A stretch of 64,000 nt of DNA from an uncultured Candidatus Binatia bacterium (GTDB lineage Bacteria; Desulfobacterota; Binatia; UBA9968; JAJDTQ01): the NCBI GenBank assembly GCA_965215605.1, contig OZ244070.1, positions 2,048,001 through 2,112,000 of the forward strand. Direction: 5' to 3'. A program made the translations under genes and the position numbers. Shown here piece after piece: positions 48,254 through 57,927 of the stretch. How positions within the stretch are numbered: the first letter of the stretch is position 1; each line of letters starts with the position of its first letter. Under the pieces are notes generated by a model, which did no database searches, had not been told where the DNA came from, and worked only from the letters and a program-made list of their open reading frames with translations.

Positions 48254-49324
48254 ATGTTGAACGTCATCAGACAACCGGCCGTGCTGAACCAGCCCGTGGT
48301 GGACCCCGCGGCCTGGACCGCTGAGGATCTGGCCTCGGACCAGAGCTGGATACACCCGCTGACCGAGAGCGAGATCGCGGAGCTGGACGCTGCCGTGGCG
48401 CGGGTGGAGCAACGCGGGCTCGACATCCTGGACATCACCCGGGACGACTTCGCGCTTGCGACCCTGGGCGACCGGCTCGACGAGATCGCCTCCGACGTCG
48501 TCGACGGTCGCGGTTTGTCGCTCATACGCGGGGTGCCGGTGCATCGCTACAGCCGCATGCAGTCCGCCATCGCCTTCTGGGGAATCGGCCTGTTCCTTGG
48601 CGAGCCCGTGTCCCAGAACTCCAAGGGACACCTGCTGGGGCACGTGGCCGATCTCGGCGGCACCCTCAAGAACCCCAAGCACCGCGGCTACCAGACCCAC
48701 GACATGCTGCCCTTTCACTGCGATGCCTGCGACCTGGTGGTGCTGATGTGCCTGCACCCGGCCAAGTCCGGCGGCAGCAGCCGGTTCACGAGCACCCTCA
48801 ACGTCTACAACGAGATGCTCAAACGCCGCCCCGAGCTGGTGGCGGAGTTGGCCGCCCCCATCTACCGCGACCGCCGCGGCGAGGTCCCGGAGGGCAAGGA
48901 CCCGTGGTGGCAGCTCGCCATTTTCAACTTCTACGAAGACTATCTGACCGTGAGTGCGGGCGGCACCTATGTCCGCTCGGCCCAGCGGTTCGAGCAGTTG
49001 CCGCGCCACACCGAGGCCCTGAAGGATGCGCTGACCCTCTTCGCCGATCTGTGCAATGAGCTGTCGTACGACATGGAGTTCTTGCAGGGCGACGTGCAGA
49101 TATTGCACAACCACGTCACCGCCCATTCGCGCACCGAGTTCGAGGACTACCCGGAGCCCGAGCGCCGTCGCAATCTCCTGCGTCTATGGCTCGGCACACC
49201 CGGCGGGCGGCCGCTGCCGCCTGCGTTCAGCGACCGTTTCTCCCACCTGAAGGAAGGGGAACGGCCGGCCGGCGGCGTCGTGGTGCCGGGAACGGTGTAC
49301 AAGGCGCCGCTGTATCCGGAGTAG
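48254..49324 (+). CDS. TauD/TfdA-family Fe(II)/2-oxoglutarate dioxygenase
   Basis: FHCD HxD motif, GD..NH..HSR, RRNLLRLWL. Confidence 0.9.
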   Translation: MLNVIRQPAVLNQPVVDPAAWTAEDLASDQSWIHPLTESEIAELDAAVARVEQRGLDILDITRDDFALATLGDRLDEIASDVVDGRGLSLIRGVPVHRYSRMQSAIAFWGIGLFLGEPVSQNSKGHLLGHVADLGGTLKNPKHRGYQTHDMLPFHCDACDLVVLMCLHPAKSGGSSRFTSTLNVYNEMLKRRPELVAELAAPIYRDRRGEVPEGKDPWWQLAIFNFYEDYLTVSAGGTYVRSAQRFEQLPRHTEALKDALTLFADLCNELSYDMEFLQGDVQILHNHVTAHSRTEFEDYPEPERRRNLLRLWLGTPGGRPLPPAFSDRFSHLKEGERPAGGVVVPGTVYKAPLYPE

Positions 49325-49373
49325 GGTCTCAACCCCCCGGTTCCGTACGGTAGCGGGGTTTGAATACGGGGCG

Positions 49374-50675
49374 TCAGTACGGCCGGCAGAACCGGTCGCG
49401 TCCGCCCCAGATGTCGATGCCGCCGGCGATGACGTCGCGGGCCTCCAGCACCAACGGGTCACCGGCGGCTACGTAGGGCGCGCCGGGATAGTTGATGAGC
49501 TGGAGCCGGTCGTAGGCGCCCACCACCCGTTCCGCGGCGGGTAGCTCGACGACGATGTCGCGGTTGCCGGTGCTGATCACGGCGTCGGCTTCTTTTTCGT
49601 AGTACAGCAGGGGAGCTTCGGTGCCGTCCTTGCCGCCGTATTCGTAGGTGACGAGGACGGTCTTGATGCCCCTCTCCTCGCAGCCTTTCACCGTCAGCAT
49701 GACCTCGATGAAGGCGTTGCCCGAGCCCGTGCGCGTGATCAGGGCGGCGTCGGCGCCCAGGGACATGGCCACCCGCACGGCATTGTGGGCCGCGATCTCC
49801 TTTTCGCGGGAGGTCTCGAAGCCGATGCGCTGGAGGATCACTCCCGCGAACCGGTACCGCCGGTCCCGCAAGAGCCCCAGCGCCAGGGGCTGATGCTGCC
49901 AGTTCCAGGTGATGGGATGATAGCTGACGGTGCGGATGGTGCTGGAGGTGATGGCGCCGTCGGTCAGCTCGTTGGGGTGCAGCACCGTGGACAGGGATTC
50001 CTGGACCGGGAAGCCGTAGTAGGCGACGTTGGACGGCTTGTTATCGGGCCCGGTGAAAACGCCGATGATGACCACGGCAGCCGGGAGATCCGCTCCATCG
50101 GCGTCCGGGTCATGTATCTCCACATCGTCCGGCTCGAGTTCCTTCGTGGCCTCGGCCAGCCGCAGGGCCGTGCCAAACTCCGCGCGCTGGATGGCTTGGT
50201 GCGCCTCGTATGCGGACAGTCCGTCTTCCAGGTCGAGGGTCAGCACCAGGTTGTTCAGCGAGCTGAAGGGGGTCATGTCGGCGCCGGGTCCCCACATGTC
50301 CAGGATGGCGCTGCGCTGGGCGGTGGTGCCGGTGCGGACGGTGCCCTCGTAGGCCACGGCGGTGACCAGCGCCATGCCCGAGAGACGGTGGGTGCGCCCC
50401 TGACCCACTGGAGCCACCGGCCCGAGGACTCCCGGAAACACCTGTCCCGTGCCGGCGGTCTTGATGCGCGGTTCCACCACGTCGCGGATGCCGGTGACCC
50501 GCGCTTTCTCGCCGGGGTGCACCACGTCGAAGCTCGCGGAGCGCACCCGCGGATCCTCCTCCGCCCATGCCGCCAGGCTTTCGGTATCCACTTCCAGAAC
50601 GCCGGAGGCATAGCGCGTCTCGCGGCCGAGGCGGATTTCGCGTACGCGGTAGGCTGCGAGTTCGAGGGCAGTCAT
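49374..50675 (-). CDS. Glycine/sarcosine/betaine reductase component B proprotein-like (GrdE family)
   Basis: DVVEPRIK, VGQGRTHRL, DMWGPGA.TPFS, LHPNELTDGAI, GIKTVLVTYEYGGKDG, ADAVISTGN. Confidence 0.85.
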   Translation of the reverse strand: MTALELAAYRVREIRLGRETRYASGVLEVDTESLAAWAEEDPRVRSASFDVVHPGEKARVTGIRDVVEPRIKTAGTGQVFPGVLGPVAPVGQGRTHRLSGMALVTAVAYEGTVRTGTTAQRSAILDMWGPGADMTPFSSLNNLVLTLDLEDGLSAYEAHQAIQRAEFGTALRLAEATKELEPDDVEIHDPDADGADLPAAVVIIGVFTGPDNKPSNVAYYGFPVQESLSTVLHPNELTDGAITSSTIRTVSYHPITWNWQHQPLALGLLRDRRYRFAGVILQRIGFETSREKEIAAHNAVRVAMSLGADAALITRTGSGNAFIEVMLTVKGCEERGIKTVLVTYEYGGKDGTEAPLLYYEKEADAVISTGNRDIVVELPAAERVVGAYDRLQLINYPGAPYVAAGDPLVLEARDVIAGGIDIWGGRDRFCRPY

Positions 50676-50695
50676 GCCCCCACCCCCTATCCCCG

Positions 50696-50790
50696 CCTGG
50701 ACCCCGGGTCAAGCCCGGAGGTGACGTGGAGGGGGGCCTGGACTCCGGAGCCTGTCCCCGGACTTGATCCGGGGTCGAGTCCGGGGTGAG
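50696..50790. repeat. Two family A REP-like palindromes, the second with a nested insertion
   Basis: cctggaccccgggtcaagcccggaggtgac and cctggactccgga-[gcctgtccccggacttgatccgggg]-tcgagtccggggtgag. Confidence 0.8.
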
Positions 50791-50825
50791 GCGGCGGGGT
50801 GCGGTTGGGCTCGGGAGGCAGTGGG

Positions 50826-51584
50826 TCAGTGCATGTGCTGGCCGCCGTCCACGCTGATGGACTGGCCGGTAACGAAGTCGCTGTCGTCGGAGGACAGAAA
50901 GATGACCGTGCCTACCAGGTCGTCGGGATACTGGTCCCGCTGGAACGCGCGGCTCTTGCGCCGGTTCTCCAGTTGCTGGGGGGTGGTGACGCCGTCCTGG
51001 CTGTCGCCCGATATGGTGAGGCCGGGCATGATAGCGTTGACGTTGATGCCGTCGGGGCCGATCTCCCGCGCCAGTGCCCGGGTGAAGCCGAGCACGCCCG
51101 CCTTGGACGACACATAGTGCAGGAACATCGGCGTCCCGCCCAGGATGGTTCCCGAGGAGATGTTGATGATCTTGCCTTTGCCCTGCTCCTTCATGGCCGG
51201 GTATACTGCCTGAACGCACAGGAACAGGCCCTTGACGTTCACCGCCATGACCCGGTCCCACTCGTCCTCGGGGATCTCCATGAAGGACTTCTTCTTGAGC
51301 GCGGTGTAGAGGCCGGCGTTGTTCACCAGGACGTCGATGCGGCCGTATTCCTTCAGCACCGCGTCCGCCATCTGGCGGGTCTTCTCCGGCGAGGCGACGT
51401 CCACGGCCACGGGAATGGCATCGCCGCCGTCCTTCCTGATCTCCTCGGCCACCTGGGTGGCGGCCTCCACCTGGATGTCGGCCACGGCCACCTTGGCCCC
51501 TTCCTTCGCCAGCCCCTTGGAATAGGCGCGGCCGATGCCGATGCCGCCGCCCGTCACGATCGCGACTTTACCGTCCAAACGCAT
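50826..51584 (-). CDS. Short-chain dehydrogenase/reductase
   Basis: TGGGIGIG, NNAG, YVSSK catalytic motif. Confidence 0.95.
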   Translation of the reverse strand: MRLDGKVAIVTGGGIGIGRAYSKGLAKEGAKVAVADIQVEAATQVAEEIRKDGGDAIPVAVDVASPEKTRQMADAVLKEYGRIDVLVNNAGLYTALKKKSFMEIPEDEWDRVMAVNVKGLFLCVQAVYPAMKEQGKGKIINISSGTILGGTPMFLHYVSSKAGVLGFTRALAREIGPDGINVNAIMPGLTISGDSQDGVTTPQQLENRRKSRAFQRDQYPDDLVGTVIFLSSDDSDFVTGQSISVDGGQHMH

Positions 51585-51630
51585 GATGAAATCCTCCTCT
51601 TATGGATACTGCCCCCGTTCTCCGCCCTTC

Positions 51631-51678
51631 CTGGATTCCCGCTTGCGCGGGAATGACGGAGAGGAGGGCGGGAATGAC
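51631..51678. repeat. REP-like family B plus half copy
   Basis: ctggattcccgcttgcgcgggaatgac ... gcgggaatgac. Confidence 0.8.
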
Positions 51679-51697
51679 GGGTGCGGGTTTCGTTATT

Positions 51698-52618
51698 TCA
51701 CAGTCCATACAACTCCACGGCCGTCCTCCACAGCACTTGCTCCACGTCGTCCTCCGAGATGCCCGACTCCCGGACGACCCTGAGCCTGGCCGGGTACAGC
51801 GGCTCGGGCACCTCCACGCACCGCCAGGTGGGCGACCAGTCGGTGCCGAACATGATGCGGCCGGCGCCGATGGTCTCCACCGCTCGCCGCAGGTGCTCGG
51901 CGGTGGTGGAAGTCGTATCGAAATACACGTTGGGGTTGCGCATGGCAACGATCAGCGCCGATTCGAAGTAATGCTGGATGGCCCGTCCCATCTTGGTGAG
52001 GACGATGGGGACATCGGGATAGCGTCCGGCGATCTCGTCCACGTAGATGGGGTCGGCGTAGTACATGCGGCCGGGAAACTGGGTCCAGCCCGTTGCGATG
52101 AGCAGCGGCACCCGGTAGTCGGCCAGGGTTTCCATGATGGGGCGCAGGTCGTCGGCGATCTTGACCGGGTGGGTTTCGGTGGTGAAGGGGCCGCCGTGGG
52201 ACTCGCCGATGCCCTTGAAGCCCAGCCGCCCGATGCGGTCGGCGATTTGTTCGGGCGCGGCCGCCCGCAGCGCCGGCGCGTTCTCCCAGACGCCGTTGCC
52301 CGAGTAGTCTTCCCCCAGGCTCGCGAGCCCGTACAGCCGGTCCGGATACCGCGCCACGGCCGCCGCGGTCTTGGCGTCCTTTTCGTCCGGGCTGTCGCAG
52401 CCGCCGGTGGTCATGATCAACGCCTTGTCCACGCCGTACCGGTCCATGTCCGCGATCAGCTCGTCGACGTAGTCCACCAGCGGTTCGGTGTCCCGAGCCC
52501 GGTAGAGCTCGGGATGGTTGCGGCGGAAGCCTACGAGGTCCGGGACGCTGCGGATCTTGCCGCGCAGGTCCCGGTAGGCGGGCGGCCCGAAGGGATGGCA
52601 GTGGACCTCGACGATCAT
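51698..52618 (-). CDS. Amidohydrolase-2 family protein (divergent)
   Basis: EVHCHP, MDRYGVDKA, NVYFDTT, IMFGTDW; usual strand-5/6 His positions appear replaced (LIATGW, LTKMG). Confidence 0.85.
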   Translation of the reverse strand: MIVEVHCHPFGPPAYRDLRGKIRSVPDLVGFRRNHPELYRARDTEPLVDYVDELIADMDRYGVDKALIMTTGGCDSPDEKDAKTAAAVARYPDRLYGLASLGEDYSGNGVWENAPALRAAAPEQIADRIGRLGFKGIGESHGGPFTTETHPVKIADDLRPIMETLADYRVPLLIATGWTQFPGRMYYADPIYVDEIAGRYPDVPIVLTKMGRAIQHYFESALIVAMRNPNVYFDTTSTTAEHLRRAVETIGAGRIMFGTDWSPTWRCVEVPEPLYPARLRVVRESGISEDDVEQVLWRTAVELYGL

Positions 52619-52655
52619 GCGCGTCCTTCGTCCGCCCGTCTCGACCGGACGTGCG

Positions 52656-53705
52656 TCACTGTTTCGGGACCAGGATGCCCCTCAACCGGGCCATCAGTTC
52701 GGCGTCGAGCTCGAAGAACTCGTTCACCGCCTGAGCGACCCGGGTGCCGGGAATGGGGTTGATGATGAGCCTGGACTTTTTCGCCTCGGCCAGCAGCTCC
52801 GGGTCCTTGAAGGTAGCCGCGAAGGCCTTGCGCAGGAGCTCCACGCGGTCCTTGGGGGTGCCCGGAGGCAGCGAGAAGGCCCGCAGTATCTCGTGGGCGT
52901 TGCGCCCCACCACGCCCGCCAACTGCCGTTGCGCGTCGTTCTTGGCGAATTCCAGGATGTTCGGGACGTTGGGGAAGCTGGGGTGCCTTCCGACGCCCAC
53001 CTGGACCACGAAGTTCAGTTCTCCCGCGGGGATCCGCTTCGGCCAGTACGAGAAGATGACGTCGGGACTCCAGCAGCCGCCCATGACCTCCCTTTTCTCG
53101 ATGGCCAAGCGGATTCTGGCGGCGCCGCCATAGCCCTCGATCAACTGGAGCGGGACCCCCGTGATGTTGTGGACCAGTCGGGGAATGTCCGAGATGGAGC
53201 TGCCTGGCCCCATGCCGCCGAGCTTGAGGGGCTTCTTGGCCGCGAGCCACTGGTCCATGTCGGTTATGCCGCTGTCCCTGGCTACGATGCACGCCGTGTA
53301 GCTGGGCTTGGGGACGGTGATCCACTCGAACTTTCGGGCATCGAACTGGACCCGCTTGTTCCCGAGGACCTGCTGCAGCACCAGGGTGCCCACCCAGTGG
53401 CCGATGGTGAGGCCGTCGGGCTTGGCCTTGTTGTACATGTAGTTGGCGGCGATGAGGTTGCCGGCCCCGGTCATGCTGGTCACCAGGGTCCTGGGGGTTC
53501 CCGGAAGGTGCTTGGGGAGGTGCCGGGCCACCAGACGCGCGTAGGTATCGAAGCCGCCGCCCGGGGCGGAGCCCACGATGATGCGGATCGTCTTGTCCTT
53601 GTAGAAATCCGCGGCCGACGCCGCGGTGGCGGTCATGCAAACGAGGGCCAAGCCCACGGCAAGGGCGACTCGGAGCACGGAAACACGATTGCGTCTCATG
53701 GTCAT
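52656..53705 (-). CDS. Tripartite tricarboxylate transporter substrate-binding protein (Bug/TctC)
   Basis: Signal peptide, GGGFDTYAR, GAG, KPDGLT, PPGTP; AGGAGG RBS. Confidence 0.9.
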   Translation of the reverse strand: MTMRRNRVSVLRVALAVGLALVCMTATAASAADFYKDKTIRIIVGSAPGGGFDTYARLVARHLPKHLPGTPRTLVTSMTGAGNLIAANYMYNKAKPDGLTIGHWVGTLVLQQVLGNKRVQFDARKFEWITVPKPSYTACIVARDSGITDMDQWLAAKKPLKLGGMGPGSSISDIPRLVHNITGVPLQLIEGYGGAARIRLAIEKREVMGGCWSPDVIFSYWPKRIPAGELNFVVQVGVGRHPSFPNVPNILEFAKNDAQRQLAGVVGRNAHEILRAFSLPPGTPKDRVELLRKAFAATFKDPELLAEAKKSRLIINPIPGTRVAQAVNEFFELDAELMARLRGILVPKQ

Positions 53706-53824
53706 TCCTCCTTGTGGCATACAACCCTTGGGACCGTCCCTCAGGTCGGGGATTTCGTTTCGTCGGGCATCACGAACGCCCTGTTCTTCACTAGTACGAA
53801 AGCCGCCGTGGGCCAAGCAGCCGG

Positions 53825-54559
53825 TCAGAGCCACTCCACTGCCTTGACGGCGATCTCCAGGATCCGCTCCTCGGCCTGAAGGAACGAGGGATCGCGAAAA
53901 CCCAGCTTTCCCGTGAGGCATTCGTCGGAGACCGCCAGGATCGCGCCCGCCCCGGCGTTCTTCACCTGTGCCACGGTCAGGAAGGCGGCGGTCACCATGT
54001 CGATGGCCGAGATCTGCTGCCGCTCCAGGTCGGCCACGAGCTCCGGCGTCTCCCGGAACAGCGCGTCGGTGGTGAACACCCGGCCGTGGTGAACCGGCAC
54101 CTTGAGGCTGTCGGCCGCCCTCACGAGGGCCTCCACGACCCTCGGGTGGGGCAGGGTGGCGAAGCCTTCGGAGACGTAACGGGGGCTGGCGCCGTCACCC
54201 CGGACGGCGCCAGCGGCGATGACGATGTCGCCGAGCTTCACCGTTCCCTGCAGCGATCCGCAGCTTCCCACCCGCACCAGGGTCTCCACGCCGGCGGCGC
54301 ACAGCAGCTCGGTGGTGATGGCGGAGTCGGCCGAGTAGCGGCCTCCGTTGCCGACGGTGACGCGCCGGCCCCCCAGCGTGCCCGTGTGCATTTCGTAGTC
54401 CTGGAAGGCGAGGGTCCTGCGCGGGTCCGACAGCGCGCGCCGCAGCTTCGCGGCACGGTCCCGGGGGCCGGGTACCAGCGCGATGCTCCCAAGGGCGCCG
54501 GGCTTGACGCCCAACCGGGACAGCATCTTTCCGGCGGTGAGATGGGGCTCGTTTCTCAT
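53825..54559 (-). CDS. Nucleoside phosphorylase (uridine/purine PNP_UDP_1 family)
   Basis: LVPGPRDRA, RVGSCG, AVRGDGAS.YV, TTDALFRET, DMVTAA, VSD. Confidence 0.88.
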   Translation of the reverse strand: MRNEPHLTAGKMLSRLGVKPGALGSIALVPGPRDRAAKLRRALSDPRRTLAFQDYEMHTGTLGGRRVTVGNGGRYSADSAITTELLCAAGVETLVRVGSCGSLQGTVKLGDIVIAAGAVRGDGASPRYVSEGFATLPHPRVVEALVRAADSLKVPVHHGRVFTTDALFRETPELVADLERQQISAIDMVTAAFLTVAQVKNAGAGAILAVSDECLTGKLGFRDPSFLQAEERILEIAVKAVEWL

Positions 54560-57500
54560 GGCGTGGCCTCCGGAGGCACGTCCACGGCGCGGCCCGACCG
54601 CAGGAGGATCAACTTGAAGGCTGTCACCTCCCGGTTCAGGCCTCGCCTGACCGCCTCGGTGTAGATCCGCGCCTGGTGACGGTAGTCCCGCATAACCACC
54701 GCGTCGTCGTCGCCCGTCACCTGGTCGGTCTTGTAGTCCGCCACGTATAGTTGCCCCTGCCGCTCGTACACCACGTCGATGATGCCTTCCATGACCTGGC
54801 CGTTGTCCCACGGCAGGACGAAGGGCATCTCCCGGCCCAGTATCCGGGCGTCCCGCAGCTCTCCGTAAACCGGCGAGTCGGTCCAGGTGGCCCAGATGGC
54901 CTTCAACTCCCGGATCACCTCCCGTGCCGACGGCAACTCGGGGGCATGGCGGGCGATGGCTTCATCGAGGTCCTCGCCGGCCCGTTGGGTGTGAAAGTCC
55001 CAGTGCTCGAGCACCTTGTGGGCCAGCGTCCCCAGTTCGAGGGCGGCGTCGCGCCCGAGTCCGTCCGGGTGCGTGCGTGCCTCCGCTGCTTCGCCGGCGG
55101 ATTTGAGCCGCGTGGGGCTGACGAAGAGCGGGGTGTGGCGCCGGGTTTCGTATTCGTCCCAACGCCGGCGCCATTCGCGCTCGTACCCTGACCAGTCCGT
55201 GGCGTCCGGGGGCGGCGCTGGCCGGGGGTCGCCCTGTTCGTCTGCCCCCGGAGTTTCCGCCACCACCTCCACTTCCATCTCTCCGGCGCCGCAGGCCACC
55301 GTGGCCGGGTCCGCGCCCTGCAGGCTGCCGCCGGCTGCCTCGCCGATCATGCCGGCCAGGCTGTCGCCGTCCCCTCCCCGCCGGTCGGCAAAGGAGACGA
55401 CCAGTTGCTGGCTGGGCCGGGTCATGGCCACGTACAGCAGGCGGCGCTGCTCGTAGGCTTCCCGCTCCCGCCGTTTCGCCCGGAGGAAGACGCCGGGCAG
55501 ACTCCACAGGTCATCGACGTGGATGCCCGTGAGGCCGGTGGCCCAGTCCCGCTGCACCTCCACGGGCGAGGAAGGCCCCCTGTTCACTCCGCCCAGAGCG
55601 TCCACCAGCACCACCACGGGGAACTCGAGCCCCTTGGCCCGGTGGATGCTCATGATCCGCACGGAATCCAGGGCCTCTTCCTCCAGGGCGTTCTCGGACT
55701 CGTCCTCCCGGTCCCGGACGCGGCGTTCCAGCTCGGCCACCACGTCCTTGAGGGTGCCGCTGCCGCCGGCGCCCGTCTCCATGGCCACCAGGCGCACCTT
55801 CTCCAGATTGGCCACGGCCTGTTGCCCCGATCGACCGCCGGCCGCCAGCACCGACAGCGGCAGTTCCCTGAACACCCGCTCCACCGCCTTTCCGGCTTCC
55901 AGGAAGCGCGCCTTCCGGTGCAGCCGGTGGAGACGCTGATAAAGGTCCATGACGTTGCCGGGCAGGTCCACCCACCGGGAGTCCGCCGCCGAGCGGTAGT
56001 CCAGGAGCCCTTGCCGGTGGAGATCGAAGATCGCCGCGTCGTCGTGCCCGCCCACGGGCGAGCGGAGCACCCCCACCAGCGCGAGCCGGTCGTGGGGGTT
56101 GTCGATGGCCCGCAGCAGGTTGACGGCGTCTATGACTTCCTGAGCGGCATAGAAGTCCCGCTCGCCTTCCACCACGTACGCGATGCCGTGCCGGCGCAGC
56201 GCTTCCAGGTAGACCTGGACGTTGGTCAGCGCGCGCATGAGAAACGCGACGTGGCCAGGCTGGAGCGTCACCCGGGTGCCGCTCCTGCGGTCGAGAAAGG
56301 TCCGGCCCAGCACCTCCTCTTCGAGCCAGCGCGCCAGCGATTCCGCCTCCAGCCGGCGCATCGACCCGGCGTTGCCGGGCGCCCCCGTGCTGGTCACCCG
56401 GCGGACGCGGACAGGGCTTGGGCTTTGCTCCGGCGGCGCTCTGCCGGGCTCCGGATCGACCCGGTCGAGTCCCGGTTGGAGGGCAATGTACTCGGGTTGC
56501 AGGCCGGGCCGTTCCCGGATCAGGTGCTCGAAGATGCCGTTCACCACGTCGAGGATCCGGGGGTCGCTCCGGAAGTTGGCGGTCAGCCGGTACTGGACGC
56601 CGTTCTGGGCCTCTATCACGTCCTTGACGACGTTCAGGTAGGCTTCCATGTCGGCGCCCCGGAACCCGTAGATGGATTGCTTGGGGTCCCCCACCACGAA
56701 CAGCTTGCCCGGGACGAGGCGGATCTCGCGCCAGTCCCCGGCTCCCTGGGAGCGCTCCTCGCACAGCCACAGCAGGATCTCGTATTGCAGCGGATCGGTG
56801 TCCTGGAACTCGTCCACGAGGATGGCCTTGAAACGCGCCTTCAGCTCTTCCCTGATCTGCGGGTGGTCGCGCAGCAGGTCCCGGGCCCGCACCAGCAGGC
56901 CGTCGAAGGTCACAAGGCCATTGCGGGCGAACTCCCCGCGACACTGTTGGACCAACGGCGCCAGCAGGGCGCACAGCCGTTCGACCTCCGCGGCGTCCAC
57001 CTGGGCCAGCCCGGCCGCGTCCGCAAGGACGTTGCGGGCGAGCCTGAAATCCTGGTCGGTCCATCCGTTCACCCGGGATGGAGTGCCCTTCAACAGGTCC
57101 AGTTCCCCGGCGTCGACGGGAGGGCCCCCGGCGAGGACGGACCGTATGGCCTTCCGTGCCGCCGCCAGCATCCGCTCGATCTTCCGGTCCTTCGGGTGGC
57201 GTTCGATGAGATCCGTTACGGACTCGTCCAGCCCCTGCAACCACTTGCCGACGGCATCGCCGGGCGGGCTTGCGAGCGGCAGTGCGTCCAGGTCCACGTT
57301 CTCGGCGCAAAGAGCCAGGGCGAGGTCCCGGAGCAGGTCCAGCGGGAAGCGGCCGAGGACATGCTTCCACGCCGCCTTTCTGGAGTTGGTGCCGGCCAGC
57401 TCTTCGTCAAGCCACAGCCCCCATCGGGTCTCGAACCGTCTCTTGCGCAGGCTGCCGTCGTCCTCCTGGAACCGCGGGTCGAGCCCGGCCTCCAGCGGGT

Positions 57501-57927
57501 AGAGCCGGAGCAGCGACGCGGCGAAGCTGTGGATGGTGCCGATCTGCGCCCGCTCGAGGTCCTGCAGCGCTTCCCGGGCCCGGCGGTGGACCTCGTCCGC
57601 GGTCAGGCGGTACCGCTCGCGGAGGGTTTGGGTCCGTTGGGTTCCCGCGGCGTCCGCCGGTCCCGGCCGGCCGGCATCGGGCCGGGCCAGGACTTCAAGC
57701 TCTTCCCGCAGGCGCGCCTTCATCTCGTTGGCGGCCTTGTTGGTGAAGGTGAGGGCCACCAGTTCCGTCACCTTCACCGGATGCGGCTCGCGCATGAGCA
57801 GGTTCACGCACCGTTCCACCAACAGGGTCGTCTTGCCGGTTCCCGCGCCCGCGGTCACGACGACGTTGCGGTCGAAGGTCGTGGTTGCCTGCCGCCGTTG
57901 CGGTTCGTCCGGGGGAGGGCCGGTCAT
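54556..57927 (-). CDS. addA: AddA helicase-nuclease
   Basis: AGAGTGKT, LTFTNKAA, VDEFQDT, VGDPKQSIYGFRGAD, SIHRAKGLEF, YVAMTR, C-terminal GIID..ADYKT. Confidence 0.9.
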   Translation of the reverse strand: MTGPPPDEPQRRQATTTFDRNVVVTAGAGTGKTTLLVERCVNLLMREPHPVKVTELVALTFTNKAANEMKARLREELEVLARPDAGRPGPADAAGTQRTQTLRERYRLTADEVHRRAREALQDLERAQIGTIHSFAASLLRLYPLEAGLDPRFQEDDGSLRKRRFETRWGLWLDEELAGTNSRKAAWKHVLGRFPLDLLRDLALALCAENVDLDALPLASPPGDAVGKWLQGLDESVTDLIERHPKDRKIERMLAAARKAIRSVLAGGPPVDAGELDLLKGTPSRVNGWTDQDFRLARNVLADAAGLAQVDAAEVERLCALLAPLVQQCRGEFARNGLVTFDGLLVRARDLLRDHPQIREELKARFKAILVDEFQDTDPLQYEILLWLCEERSQGAGDWREIRLVPGKLFVVGDPKQSIYGFRGADMEAYLNVVKDVIEAQNGVQYRLTANFRSDPRILDVVNGIFEHLIRERPGLQPEYIALQPGLDRVDPEPGRAPPEQSPSPVRVRRVTSTGAPGNAGSMRRLEAESLARWLEEEVLGRTFLDRRSGTRVTLQPGHVAFLMRALTNVQVYLEALRRHGIAYVVEGERDFYAAQEVIDAVNLLRAIDNPHDRLALVGVLRSPVGGHDDAAIFDLHRQGLLDYRSAADSRWVDLPGNVMDLYQRLHRLHRKARFLEAGKAVERVFRELPLSVLAAGGRSGQQAVANLEKVRLVAMETGAGGSGTLKDVVAELERRVRDREDESENALEEEALDSVRIMSIHRAKGLEFPVVVLVDALGGVNRGPSSPVEVQRDWATGLTGIHVDDLWSLPGVFLRAKRREREAYEQRRLLYVAMTRPSQQLVVSFADRRGGDGDSLAGMIGEAAGGSLQGADPATVACGAGEMEVEVVAETPGADEQGDPRPAPPPDATDWSGYEREWRRRWDEYETRRHTPLFVSPTRLKSAGEAAEARTHPDGLGRDAALELGTLAHKVLEHWDFHTQRAGEDLDEAIARHAPELPSAREVIRELKAIWATWTDSPVYGELRDARILGREMPFVLPWDNGQVMEGIIDVVYERQGQLYVADYKTDQVTGDDDAVVMRDYRHQARIYTEAVRRGLNREVTAFKLILLRSGRAVDVPPEATP

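Noticed and set aside
45970-48525. 851-aa minus-strand ORF
   Set aside because: Antisense shadow of the molybdopterin oxidoreductase; typical of high-GC DNA and has no motifs
49325-50825. Selenoprotein GrdB/GrdA hidden by TGA
   Set aside because: The flanking gaps are short and filled by REP repeats; there is no room for such an ORF
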